A stretch of 64,000 bases of DNA from Epiperipatus broadwayi. Taxonomy: Eukaryota; Animalia; Onychophora. Each line of letters begins with the position of its first letter. Position 1 is the stretch's first letter. The DNA is taken from positions 1,302,001 to 1,366,000 of the forward strand of contig JAQFVV010000006.1 of the NCBI GenBank assembly GCA_028023455.1. The letters are read 5' to 3'. Shown here one piece after another: positions 26,215 to 39,101 of this stretch. The translations under genes and the position numbers were made by a program. Under the pieces are notes generated by a model, which had not been told where the DNA came from, did no database searches, and saw nothing but the letters and a program-made list of their open reading frames with translations.

Positions 26215-26450
26215 ATCATGTCTCATTCCACTTTTCAATACATTCCATATATTACAATATCTTCCCAATGGAAAAAAAATCAACATTGCATTCCTTCAGA
26301 ATGTCGAAATAATTCTTATAATGTAAATGGGGTCTAACATCCCATGATGACCATGTTCAAGAGCACCATAAAATACCTTTCTAAGAAATCTTGCGTTGTT
26401 CATTTGTTTTACACATCCAATCCAACAAAGATGTGGTTAACTAATTAGTA
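26215..26450 (-). mobile_element. RTE/BovB-like LINE C-terminal remnant
   Basis: KVFYGALEHG...PHLHYKNYFDILKECNVD resembles the RTE .v.yGeL..G.R..GrP motif. Confidence 0.4.
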
Positions 26451-27783
26451 TAGTATATATTCACACAAACTTATGCATGAAGGCCTAATGCTGTAACAAT
26501 AACCCATCTGTCATGCTTTATGCCCAGAATTTGAATCAGGGCTAAATAAAATTGAAATTTTTTTCAGATTTAATAAGATTTTTAATTCTGTGAATCATTC
26601 AATTGGCAAACAAGTATCTAACTATTATTATATACTAAGCAAAATAAGGATGGGAAACCATTCAAACTCACACGATTTGCCTGGTGAATACTATATTTTT
26701 CATTGTGTGAGGGGGCGTTGAAAAGGCCTTTGCTTTGCTTTGCAGTGAACTTTTGAAGATTATTTTGTAAATTTGCTTACATAAACTACAAATGACTAAA
26801 TAAGTTAGTAAAAGTTAAAACTATAAGAGATGTTGGAATCCAGATTAAAAAAAAAGCCACTCTCTGTATAGTGGAAATTATTTTTTAAAAAATGCCCCCC
26901 CCCCCCAAAGAACATTAGAGTGGTTGGAAAATATATGTATTAAAATCTGCATTATTTATTTTAAATGCAGTATCTCACTGTATCCATGGCATTTATTTTC
27001 AAGTCTTCAAGAAGGTACTTGAAACTGTATATTATTAAATTTTATATACATTTTAAAGATTAATCTAAATAACGACAACTTAAATATTAGGCTTCAACAT
27101 TTAAAATAATTAGAAAACAACCATAGAAATGTAGTTATAAAAGTTAGAATAGTAATAAACCAAGAAAGATCATATAATTGAGAACATGATATGAGGAAAC
27201 AGCTGCAACCAAGATGACTCATGCGGAAAAAAAAACAGGTATGCATGAAACTTAAGAATTCAATTTTACCAAATTAATTATTTCAAACTATAGAGAATCT
27301 GTAGTTATGATAAAACCATCACATTTTATTTTTGTAGAATACAAATTTTATTATTTTATACTTCTAGCTAAATATATTTGGAACAAACTTAATGTTTTCA
27401 AAATATACTTATTTCTTTATTTCATTTAACGGACAATTTCTCTTGAACAACTAATGATCTTAAAAACAACTGAAACTTCTAGCATAGAACCCTATCACAA
27501 CTGATAGAAAATATAGATAGAAAATATAGAATTAAAATCCATAAAAATGCAATATGAAATTGTTCAAGTCACAAATTCTAATCTTTAAACTCTTGAGTTG
27601 TTAATATTTGACTACGTTAATAATGCTAAAAGTACAGCATGTAGAAACTACACAACAAAATATTATAATCAAATATTAACATCAATACAGGAAACAAAAA
27701 TCACAAATACCAGAACAATCTAGCAACAAGTTTTCAAATAAATACATTAAAAAACTAGTATATTCTACTAAAAAAAAAATTTC

Positions 27784-27858
27784 GTCAAGCGTTGATGGCC
27801 TAGCAGCCTTCCAAGCAGCTGGCCCGGGTTCGCTTCCCGGTCAACGTGTTGACATATA
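27784..27858 (+). mobile_element. tRNA-Gly(TCC)-derived SINE/pseudogene with A-tail and TSD
   Basis: GCGTTG...GCAGCCTTCCAAGCAGCTGGCCCGGGTTCGCTTCCCGGTCAACG matches tRNA-Gly-TCC with a D-arm deletion; A-rich TSD aaaaaaaaaatttc on both sides. Confidence 0.85.
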
Positions 27859-30718
27859 AAAAAAAAAATTTCTGAAAATATTTGATATGTGAACAAATTT
27901 CCTTTGCTAAAAATCGAATACATTAATAAATGCAATTTTTATTTATCTATATATTTTTAAATACTATTTTCAAGATCACAGAAACTCATATGTATTTGTA
28001 ATAAAATTTCCAGTTTTATCTTTTTAAGTATATTGTCGATTGCAGGAGTAAATAATGAAAACTTGTCAAATTCCTCCATGATAAATCAACTATCAGAATA
28101 AAATCCCAAGTGAGATTTTTTTTATTCATCATTTATTCAATTACCATATTGGCAAATGCAAAAGAGGATCATATCCATTTACAATTTGAGCACCATGGGT
28201 TTACTTTTATTTTGATTATTCTGAATATTGCGTTATTTATTTATCTCGATTATTAAGTTAGCAGCCATTTAAATTTTGCACCTGAACAGAATGCAACGTA
28301 CATATCAATTCAGTACTAATCCTACGGAGGACTATTGGTAATGAACAAATGTATCTTGCAAGTGAGATACTGTGGATTCAATACATTGGACGTATTATGT
28401 AAACATTTATTTATGTATGCTAAAAAAAAGTTTAAATTGTTCATTCATTACCAACCATACAATATAACCAACTATAGAAAAAAAAAAAGGCAGAAATACA
28501 AAGAATAAAATTATCAAGCAAAGGATGGAATTGCAATAGATGTATATATAATTAAAGGAAAAAAATATAGTTGCACAAATAAAGGATCATGTTGCCGTAG
28601 TTAGTGAAAGAGATACTGATAACATGAATCTCACGATAATAGCAGTGCATGTTCCTAAGTAACTGAAAACAGTAAGGTTAAAGAAAACGACAAAAAATAA
28701 CGATAATTACATATGTTGACAGTTATTTTAAAGTGAGTTGAAAATAAATAAAGACAAAGAAAAAAGGAATAAAAAATTAATAAACAAAAAAAGAAAGAAA
28801 ATATATTGGTAGCTAGAATTGCTATATTTGTAATAAAAGAATGGAAATATGAATATACAAATCATCATATCTTATTGCGGACTGTGACTAATAGTCACAG
28901 GAAGTTCATGATGAGCACATCTTTTACTGTGCGATTTGATATAGTAAGATAAGAGAAAATGGGTAGAGAATGAAGAAAGAGAATAATGATTATATTTACT
29001 TGCAACTATCTGTATACAAGTAGTGTTACCCTAATTTCAAAAAAGAGAAAAACCAAGAACAAAAAGTTAAAAAACAGAGAAAGAACGATAGAAACTACAG
29101 GAGTCAGAACTACTGGATATATAATGAACGAATAAAAATGTGATTGCTTAAATGCACAATTCCATTGACAGTTGGTATAGGGATATAATCGATGATAATT
29201 CAAGCACAACACAATGATTCTAGGTAAAACAAAGAAAAAAAAACGGATAAAAAATAATGATGACTACTTTTAATGATGAATAACTTTATAACTGAAAGAA
29301 ATTATGATAATAAGAACTATTATAAAACTGAAACTTTTTACTTCAACAGGACTTGTGATCTTTCGATATGAATAACTTATAACATAGTGCAAAACTCTCC
29401 AATTATGTGCTAGTATGAGATGGTGATCATGTATGTTTAGTGGTTATAACATAGTGGTTAATACCTATAAAGTAATATTTCTTAAACAAATAAAAATCTC
29501 AGAAACTCACACATCGTAAACATATATCACAATTTTATTTTAGTTTTTCCTTATTTTTACATGATATATTATTTTTTATTAATAGAAATCATTTTAATTT
29601 TCCCATAAAAATGTTACAGAGGCATCTTAACAGAATAAACAACAATCAACCTGAGGGATCTTTGCAAAAAAACAAAACAAAACAAAAAATATACTTTTAA
29701 TACCCATCCCATCCAATATAAAGCCCGTATTGTAAACAACTAGTTTGTTAAAAGAATCTACATGATTTACAAAGGTTAAATAGTGGTTGAACAATTAACT
29801 GTTGACCACTTTGAAAAACAATTCAGGATTAAAGAAAAGAAAACAAAACAACAGATGCATAACATAAAACAAATGTGTGCAATATAACAGTAATATACAG
29901 AACTCTCTCTCCATATATAGTCTCATAAACATTAACAATAACAGAAAAAAAAAAACCACAGATCTCAAAGGGATATGTCAATGCTCTTGGAAAAGCCAAG
30001 ATGACACAAGCATGATTTTTCTCTCTCCTAAAAATATAAAATACTTGTCCAAATGCCATTTTTTTTTTTTCAATTTGAATTACTAGTTAATGTTTAGAAA
30101 AAATTTCAAAAACTTTAATATAAAAATTAAAAAATAAATTTATCATTCGTAGATTTTCAAAATATACAGATAATTTAGAATCATAATTAAAATTTGGGCA
30201 ATCTTAACTAATTTGCATTAATACTAAATTGTACACATCATTTAGATGAACTAATCGCTAAATGTTGAATCACATTTGGAAGCACTATAATTCAGAGGGA
30301 GAAAAAAAAAAACAAACAAAAGATCTATACTGAGCCCAGATATAGGCATAAAAAACACAAAAAACAAAAAAGAAAATGACATGCTAAAAAGTTATTGTTC
30401 CAAAAAGGCACAAATTGATAGCTGGAATATTATATAATAAATATAAAAATTAATAAAATCTTTTAGAAAATATAAATAAATAAAATTAAAGTAAATTTTG
30501 TAAGAATTTTTTTATATTTATTTCATAATCATTAATAATAATAGTAAATAGCCAATAATTTTAACAGGAATAAATCACTTCTGGAGATCTAACACAAATA
30601 TGAATTTACTTATCTAAAGATTTGAATTTTTCCAGAATTATAATAATTTTAAAATATAAATTTAACATTTGAATAATCTGAAATTATACAACAAATACTT
30701 TTGACCCATATAATTTTA

Positions 30719-30922
30719 TTAGGAAACTGGATATGTAGAAGAATTTTGATTTTTTAATCGAACACAGCAGTGGGTGCAAAGCATAAGATCAAAGCGTTGA
30801 CGGAGGATTTTACGAAGTTCTTGTCTTTTGGAATGCACCAAAGGTTGATTGGCACGAAACCGCTGAATTTCTTCTTGGGAGATCACATTTTCATCATCGT
30901 CTTCATCTGATGAACATGTATC
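30719..30922 (-). CDS. GGNBP2: GGNBP2 terminal coding exon with stop codon
   Basis: DTCSSDEDDDENVISQEEIQRFRANQPLVHSKRQELRKILRQRFDLMLC...PVS*, matching the GGNBP2 C-terminal ISQDEIQSF...REQYRQHLKEKF motif. Acceptor ttttataaag; TAA at 30721-30719. Confidence 0.92.
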   Translation of the reverse strand, partial: DTCSSDEDDDENVISQEEIQRFRANQPLVHSKRQELRKILRQRFDLMLCTHCCVRLKNQNSSTYPVS

Positions 30923-31002
30923 CTTTATAAAATGAAAACATTCCAATATATTAGTACTATATTATACTGCAAAAATTAGAGCACTAGTTACAAATATTTA
31001 GC

Positions 31003-31150
31003 AAAAACAATCAAAGTAAATTAATGCAGGCCTAGCACTTTCGAGGTTTTGTCCCTCACATCACAACGATTTAAAATCTGTTTTGGCCATGAATATGAGG
31101 GACAAAACCTCGAAAGCGCTAGGTCTGCATTAATTTACTTTGATTGTTTT
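31003..31150. repeat. Inverted repeat (~55-bp arms) carrying a degenerate HHR (family F7)
   Basis: aaaaacaatcaaagtaaattaatgcaggcctagcactttcgaggttttgtccctca / its near-perfect reverse complement; GAGG[GACAAAA]CCTC-GAAAGCGCT-A. Confidence 0.8.
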
Positions 31151-31379
31151 TGTTACCACTAAAAGCTTCTTCACCCAGCGTTATATACTATAATTTTGTA
31201 TTATGATGGGATATAATTGTAATGTTTTATGAATAATATTTGCGAATGCGACTACTACGACAGTAATATAAAAATAAGATGCATTATTTTATTTGTATTT
31301 TTACTTTTAAAGAAAAAAATTTTCTTGATTGATATGCAGATTTCTTGAGGATCCGGATGTAACACATGGTTTGCACACT

Positions 31380-31600
31380 ATTGTTTTATATAACAATGTA
31401 ATTTAGAAGGGATTTGAAATCAGACTTTCAAGCACTCTACAGCTATCTACACCATCTTATACAATCGATACCCATGACAACATACACGTGAAAAAGATAA
31501 ATGATCTCTAATATACATATTTCGTATTGGTTGTATAAGATGGAATGGATAACTGTAGGGTGCTTGAAAATCTGATTTCAAATCCCTTCTAATTTACATT
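31380..31600. repeat. Imperfect inverted repeat (~65-bp arms) related to the F4 pLTR end
   Basis: agaagggatttgaaatcagactttcaagcac... / ...gtgcttgaaaatctgatttcaaatcccttct; resembles gaaagtctgtgctcatataccctatatatt at 56290/58340. Confidence 0.75.
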
Positions 31601-32943
31601 AAGTTCAGTATAGACAATATACTTGTATTAAATATAATATAGGATGTAATAATAAAAAATGGCTGCTTTTTTATTACACACAGAGGGCGCTTGAAGAGAA
31701 TAGTTTTAAATATCACATATATTTAGCGCTGTAATCATTTATCTTTTATATATATATAATGGAATGTGAACAACATTGCATCTAAGTGCATGACTTCAAT
31801 TATATACTATCCAAAAAAAAAGCGTAGACAAACAAAAATGTAAATAAACAAACAAATAAACAAAAAAAAAAAAAAACATTAAAATTTGCAAATTGAATGA
31901 TATTTAGGTAGCTATTTTTTTACTGCAAGTATCGTATGTAATGACATTAAAAAAAAAAGTAAAATATGCTAATAGCTGTTTTTCCATCATAGAGCATCAT
32001 CATTCAATTTTATACACGAATAAAATTTCTTCGGCTTATTTTTCTTGAATGCACACACATTTTATTCTCCTTTGCAAATCTGATGTACAGTATTTTGCCT
32101 AATAAAATATTTTCTGAAAGTAATTCTACAAGTTTTATAAAATTTTAAAATGTACTAAAAATTGAAATTAACTTAAAACGTCAAACTAATTAGATTCTAA
32201 TTTCTTGATAACAAAACCATTAGTATGTTTCTATAAAAAAAAAAAGAAGTTATTATTATTATTTTAAAAAATCATTCAGAACGTATTTTACAGCAAAGTC
32301 CGGACATTATTCTATTTACTTTACTTTAAAAATATGGTGGTTAATTTTTTATTCTTCTTATTTTTATTGTTTCAATGAACTCACCATAAAATATATATAA
32401 ATGTACCCTCTGATATGTTACTAATAATTAATTAGAATTTTTTAAAATTTTATTTATACAATTATCTTTATATATACATAGAAAAAAGCATCTGTTATAT
32501 ATAAAGAAAAATACTGTACTCTACGAGGCTTGGAACAAAATATATCATATAATATAGTTCATGGTACCACTATACATATATCGTAACTTTTAATGGATTT
32601 ATGATCAATCAATCTAATCGTAAGACATTTTATACTTTTGTGTGTAAACAATACTAAATAGGAACAAGTACACATTTCCACTATATATTACTGTAACAAA
32701 GCCTTTTATTACAGTTATGATATCATGAGTGGTAGAGCTGTTGTTTCCATGACATCAATATTAAGTAATTCATTGAACTACAATTTAAAAACATCTAATA
32801 AAAAAAAATTATATTCCTCTATTATCACTTAGATATTATATTGTTTGCATTTCTTCATCATGCTAATAAAAAAAAATTAATATTGCAATAATTAATTAGT
32901 GCATGTTAGACAAAATAATTTTTTTTTGACTTTTTAAGTTTTT

Positions 32944-33314
32944 AAACAGAGCAAAACTCTCCATACAGTATTGCCACCTGTGCTAAACAGAGTAATCAAT
33001 GGATGCCAGAAGGCTTGTGCATAAAATCCCTATCTAATGCCTACTCATCCAATATCCCCAGACTAGTTTCTGGCTTGTGGCCTTCGTCAGTGAGGAGCTT
33101 TGGATCTGAGAGCACTGCATTAGATCCTAAGATCTAGATGCAGTGCTCTCAGATCCAAAGCTCCTCACTGACGAAGGCCACAAGCCAGAAACTAGTCTGG
33201 GGATATTGGATGAGTAGGCATTAGATAGGGATTTTATGCACAAGCCTTCTGGCATCCATTGATTACTCTGTTTAGCACAGGTGGCAATACTGTATGGAGA
33301 GTTTTGCTCTGTTT
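32944..33314. repeat. Perfect palindrome of F1 (177-bp identical arms, 17-bp centre) in the last GGNBP2 intron
   Basis: Arms 32944-33120 and 33138-33314 are exact reverse complements by manual comparison; one HHR per strand (+ copy 33162-33203). Confidence 0.95.
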
Positions 33315-34166
33315 ATCAACAATTAATGTGCTAGTATAGGAAATGTGATCATGGGATTTTTAAGTTTTTGTTTTTTAAATTTGTTTTATTTTATTAAAAA
33401 GAACAATCAAAGCATCAAAAGAATATATGATTTTGGGCCTGGCCAATTTTCTTTTGATTGATAGTATATTATTTTTTTTTGGTAAGAAGTTGGATGGAAA
33501 AATCTATTTAAGAGCAAATGTTTATAGAACTTGAGCAGTATAATAAAGCAGATTTTTAAAGTATTTTATTAACTATTTTTATTTTAAAGAAAAATGTATT
33601 ATGGATTTATGAATATACGTACATTCACTCTATATATGTCTGTGCAAATGTTTTAATTATATAAAAGAATTCAAAATTGTTTTTTTTATTATTTATATGT
33701 AATACAGGACATATTGCATTCTTCATTATCAACGAATTAACATCATTCAAGGAAGGACGTGATTGTAATTGTCACATATATATTACAAGCATACTACTTG
33801 TAGCGCAATCAATTTTGTTTTATATTTACTGCATGATCCTATGACAAGTATGAATGGATGTTAATCTGATGGATATGAATCAAAGTATTTTTGTACCTAC
33901 AATCTACACAACTATGAGTTCTTTTATTTTTCATAAAAAAGCAATCATTCGTAACTTGAATCTGCTATTTGGAGAACTATATATATATTTATTTAGTGAT
34001 TGAAATCAAGAGACTTTCCAAATGAATTGCATTCATATAATGATTTGTATCATTTTTTATTATCTAATCACAACATATTATCACCAAATTTTTTTTTTTT
34101 TTTTAAAAAAATCAATGAATTTTCAATGAAAATATGAATTTCAAAATAAAAACTTAAAAAAATTAC

Positions 34167-34250
34167 CTCTAACATATCTTCTAAACTAAATCTCATACCG
34201 TATTGCTGATTTGAGTTACTGGAAAGTGAGCCTATTTTATTTTCAGAGCA
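34167..34250 (-). CDS. GGNBP2: GGNBP2 coding exon
   Basis: 84 bp, CSENKIGSLSSNSNQQYGMRFSLEDMLE (SLxxML resembles GGNBP2 SLVELLD). Follows an 87-bp GT-AG intron; GAG|gtaatt donor. Confidence 0.82.
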
Positions 34251-34337
34251 CTAAAATATAAAAAAAGTTTTTTATTTCATAAGTCTAGACATTAATTTTA
34301 TAAAAAAAACAAAACAACTACTGAACAATTTACAAAC

Positions 34338-34426
34338 CTTCCAAGACTTGCTCTGACTTAAAGAAGTACTTTTTTCTGCAACATTTAGGATTAAAGATGC
34401 CTCTGAAAATTCAGGGCTAGGATCAC
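34338..34426 (-). CDS. GGNBP2: GGNBP2 coding exon (low-conservation linker)
   Basis: 89 bp, GDPSPEFSEASLILNVAEKSTSLSQSKSWK. Strong polypyrimidine acceptor (ttttccccccag), AAG|gtttgt donor; phase 1/0 keeps the frame. Confidence 0.8.
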
Positions 34427-34512
34427 CTGGGGGGAAAAAAAAACAACTTGTTCTAAATTTATCAAATATTAAAATATTACAAAAAAAAAACAAAACAAAA
34501 CAAAAAAATTAC

Positions 34513-34825
34513 CATCATGATTACAAAGTCCTTCTGTGCAAGCTACTTCAGAACTTTCACAGGAACTAGTGGGGCTCCATGATGGAGAACCTTCGCTGCC
34601 ATCAAAACCTGATGAGTAACCTTGGTCACTTTGAGGACTACCATTTTTGGCTGGTTTAATTTGTAGATTTTTCTTTTTATTAGAGCAAAAAGGGTTACTT
34701 AAATTTGTCTTTTCCTGAACTATATTTACTTTACTTTTACTCTTACAAGAATCTCGCTGCCAATGATACGGATCGTTCAGATCGTTGAGAATGTGAGAAT
34801 CTTCACACAGAGATGAAAGATAATC
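34513..34825 (-). CDS. GGNBP2: GGNBP2 coding exon
   Basis: 313-bp open exon ending ...SDQGYSSGFDGSEGSPSWSPTSSCESSEVACTEGLCNHD, matching GGNBP2 SDCGYSSS...SDVACTEGICNHD. ttttcag acceptor, G|gtaatt donor, phase 0/1. Confidence 0.93.
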
Positions 34826-37800
34826 CTGAAAAAATGAAACAAAATTTTATTAAAAACATACCAAATATACTCATTACTTAAAAAAATTCAAAATAATAAG
34901 TTTATTTCTCTTTTTACATATAGGGTATCTAAAAAAATTCACAAGTGCCACATTTTATTCATTAATTCAACCATACAACATATTCACAAACTATTTACAG
35001 TTGATGAAATTTATTTTCAATAAGATGCACTCCTTATTATCATTTTAAATAAAAGAACTGAACGAGAGAGAGAGAGCAATACTGAATATCTTTTAACCAG
35101 AATTATTGCAGATAAGATTTTTTTTTTTTCATGAGAGATTTAAAAGACAAAGTTTACGCCACAAAGTCATAAAATATTGCTGAATTTGGTAAGCTATTGA
35201 AACAGAATATGCGGCAGTGTCAATAAATTATCTTAGGTGAAGTATGCTTTTCAGTTCCTCGACAGTACTAACGTGCGACAGAACAGAGGACAATTTTAAT
35301 AATTGCGTACTTTAGTTTGATATCTTTTCTTTGCAAATTAAATTAATAAACATTATTTAGTAAAAATCAAAGAGTGTTTACCTTACATTCAGATACCTGC
35401 GTATACCCACAGACATGCAAACATGTGTAAACTGTCTATTTCTGTACAGAAATACACCTACCAGTATAAACCATAAATGTACCAAGTTAGTTGGTCATCA
35501 TATATAAATCATATCGTTCCAGTCAATGTTTACAAAAATATAAGTATTGCAGTGACAACAGATTGCTGATATTTTATTAGTTAATTTTAAGCAACATAAA
35601 TCCAAAATATCAGAGACAATACACGAAGTCAAGCACATATGCTTTCAATGTCGATCAAACTTTTATGTATGGATAAATAAAGAACATTCTAATGTGATTG
35701 CTAATTTAAAATGAATATTAATCTAATGTTATAATAATTTAGTTAAAACAATCATTCTATATATATATACTTTTTATTACTTTTGTAAAATTTTGAATAT
35801 CTTCAGTTTAGGCAGAAGAAAATAATTTAGATATGTATAGATTATTTTTTTTTGTAAGATGCACAAATGGTTATTACTTTAATATATATTTTAAAAAAGG
35901 TAAATTCTTAAGATGATTGTTTAAGTCAGACTTAGCCAGCATACCCGATGATATTCATATTATCAACATTAATAGCAGGAAATCATTCAAAAATGGCAGC
36001 GATCCTGGTAAATAAAAATAAATCTATTAGACAAGTTATGTCCTTGGACACAAACAACTAACATATTAAAAGGAAACTTACAAATCTAATCACAACTTGT
36101 GTGTGTGTGTTGAATGATTAAACAAATGGTTCACGGAGTTTGCGCATTCTAAGTAAGAGAGTGTAATTCAGAGATCCTGACTTTCAGAATCCCCTATTGT
36201 AATACTATACTAAACCACACAATATGTAAAACAATATATAAATTTTCACAGCCTGCAATTGATAGATTGAAAATAATATAAATAAAATGTTAAAATTCTT
36301 CCCAAAAATGCCAGCGAAAACTTGTTTCCTAATTCTATTGTATTTTTTTATACCAGCAGAGGGAGCTTAATTAAATGGGAGAAGCTGGTTGTCAGACAAA
36401 AAAAAAAATTGCTTTCCAGAAAAAGGCAAACCAACCTTTAAATAGCCCAAATGTATAGAAGTAGTTCAAATAGCTCTTTATAAAGAAGCAGTAAAAAAGA
36501 GAGTTAATTGCTCGATTTACCAGTCATCAGATGATGACGATTTGCTTACTTTTCCTATCCTAGTCTTACATCATGGTTAAAAATAAAAATCAATTCACCA
36601 ACCAATACCATATGTTTAACTGACTTAATTATATGGAAAAAAAAAATTCTAAGCCTGATTGCACAATGAAAAGATGTACTGTCACTACAAGATGGAGATC
36701 TTTTCCATGTAATTATACATACTTTGCAACTTCTCCCAAGTTAGGGTCTTCGTTTGCAAAGGATTTTCAATATCAAACTTTCAGACTTGTCACTGGTATA
36801 CTATATCCGGGTTAGTGTTGCCTCACCCCCTCCCCCCCAAATAAATCTCTAAGCAACTAATATTAAAAAAAAAGCCTATATAATATCTGAAGGGATGCTA
36901 TTTCATAAATGTATTCAATATCTATAAATTCTGGATTTATCTCAATTTTTTTATGCAACAAAAACTTCAATCCGAGACCATTTGTATTCCACATGCTGCA
37001 ATACTTTATCTTGGATAGCAATTTTTTTTGGAATATGTAATAAATATGAAAATTTCAACATATGGTTAAATAAAATCTTTTAAATTTTCTATATTCATTT
37101 TGCATGCAAAATGTGAATGGCAAATATTAGCATAATTTTTAAGAACTGATAATTACAGAGTGATTTTTTCCCCTGTGAAGTCCTAAATGAATGGTACAGA
37201 AATGAGAACGTTTAATTTAGCATTATTTTGTTTAGTGATAATGAATAAATCATTACAAAAAAGGATAGACAGTTACAAAACTGTGCATCAAAAATTGTTT
37301 ATATTAGACGGCTGAATTATATTTATCTTGCAATTATGTATAATAAATTAATTAATGACAAGTGGGATCCAAGTTCATTTACGAGATCTCTTTGCTCTGT
37401 AGTGGAATATTTAAAAGCTGTTTTACCATTTATATATACTGAATTAACATCTATCTATCTATATCAGAAGTGGCCAAGATGTTGACCACAAGGTCTCTGT
37501 AGGTTGACAGAGAAGCTGAAGTGAACATTGACAAATTATAGCGATAAATTTAGAGCTGATTTGAATATAAAAATAAAAAAAGGAGAAATTCAAAATTATT
37601 CTTGTTTAAAAATAGTTAAATTTAAAATAACACTTGCTGTTTTTGTTGATTTCAAAATTAAACCCAGGTTGGAAGAAGCTGAAAAGAATGAAATTATTTT
37701 TATACAACGCTAGAGTTAAACTTCTTAGAAATATTTACTTGCCATTTCTTGGAGAAACAAGGATTTTAATGAACTGATTTTAAAACAAAGAAGTTGTGAA

Positions 37801-39101
37801 CTTTTTAAAATATTTCATCTAGCTAGCAAATAATGCCCAAGGAGATTTAAAAACAGGCATTTTTCCTATATACGAAAAAAATAGGCATCAAAGCAAGAAA
37901 TGAAGCAAAGAAAATGTGGGGATTTTCCAAGGCACAAAAATAGAGAACTTTTGTAAAATATTATTTTTCTTGAAGTTATGTATTTTTTTTCTCTCTAGCA
38001 AATTTTTGATGCCCCACTAGGAGGGGGAGGGGATATATTTCAAATTTCCTTACTCGTATTTACTTATTAATTATACAAGTGAATCAAAAAAATATATAAA
38101 AAAAATCAAAAAAATATATAAAAAAAATTAAAAAATAAATTCAGGATTTGTTATATTTTGGTAAAAGTATTGATTAACTTTAATTTTGTATAAGTTATAA
38201 AGTCATGTTTAATTACTCCAAAAAAAAAAAAAGAGAACAGAAAGAATATGAAATATAGAAAAGTATTTTAAATAAAGAGCAAGGAATAACGATTGCTGAA
38301 GGATAAAATAAAATGGAAATGATAAGTCAGTAAATGTCTATTTAGATTAATTGTGGGAAAAAAAGATAGCATTGTTTAATTAGAGCAGAAAGCTATTTTT
38401 AAAACTAATTAAACAAATGAGTAAAGAAGAACTGTTAGTACAATTGATATCAAACAGACTAATTGCGGTGAAAAGAATATGCACGTATGCAATTAAAGCT
38501 TAATGGATATTTTTGGTAAATGACTTAATTCTATCATGGAATAGCCCAAAGAAAAATAATGATCATCAATTAGAATATTAATATCACATATGAAGCAGTG
38601 ATAGATATAAATAGTGTGTGCGGAAAAGAGTGGTGTGCTTTTTTTTACTCTTCGTGAATGGCTGCCTGCTGTCGTGTATATTGGATTTTTGAAAAAGGAT
38701 TCAGAGTGAAAGCTGTCTGGAAAGTTATAGCGATTTTCCACCACGAGGGAAGTATTCCCAGAAGCTGTACCTCGGTAGGTACTAATAGCCAGATAGGGGA
38801 AAACAGGACTGTGCAGAGAAAGACTGTGAGTATAAATAACTTATAATTATTTTAACTCGGGCCTAAGAATAGTGATGACCGACGCTATCAGCAGTGTATA
38901 TTAGTATTTATGGGAAATAGTAATTAGAATCAAAAAGACTTATTGATTACATCTGTAAATGCTAAACTTTTAGAGACCTGTGTTTTATGTGTTTATAAGT
39001 TAATAAATATATTTTTTAATTTTACTAGTGATAATTTTCTTTAGACTTGTATTATTTTTCTTTTGTTATTTGTTGGCAAGTGAATACACAACAGGATTAC
39101 A

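Noticed and set aside
27789-27846. Functional tRNA-Gly(TCC) gene
   Set aside because: D-arm/A-box largely deleted, no T-run terminator, A-tail and TSD present: a retroposed copy.
30923-30946. ATG start of the 75-aa ORF (MECFHFIK)
   Set aside because: This is intron sequence upstream of the GGNBP2 terminal-exon acceptor, not a separate gene.
37528-37713. Bacterial IS630-like / endosymbiont insertion (KPRLEEAEK)
   Set aside because: Only a few residues resemble IS630; no DDE motif, TIRs or bacterial gene context.
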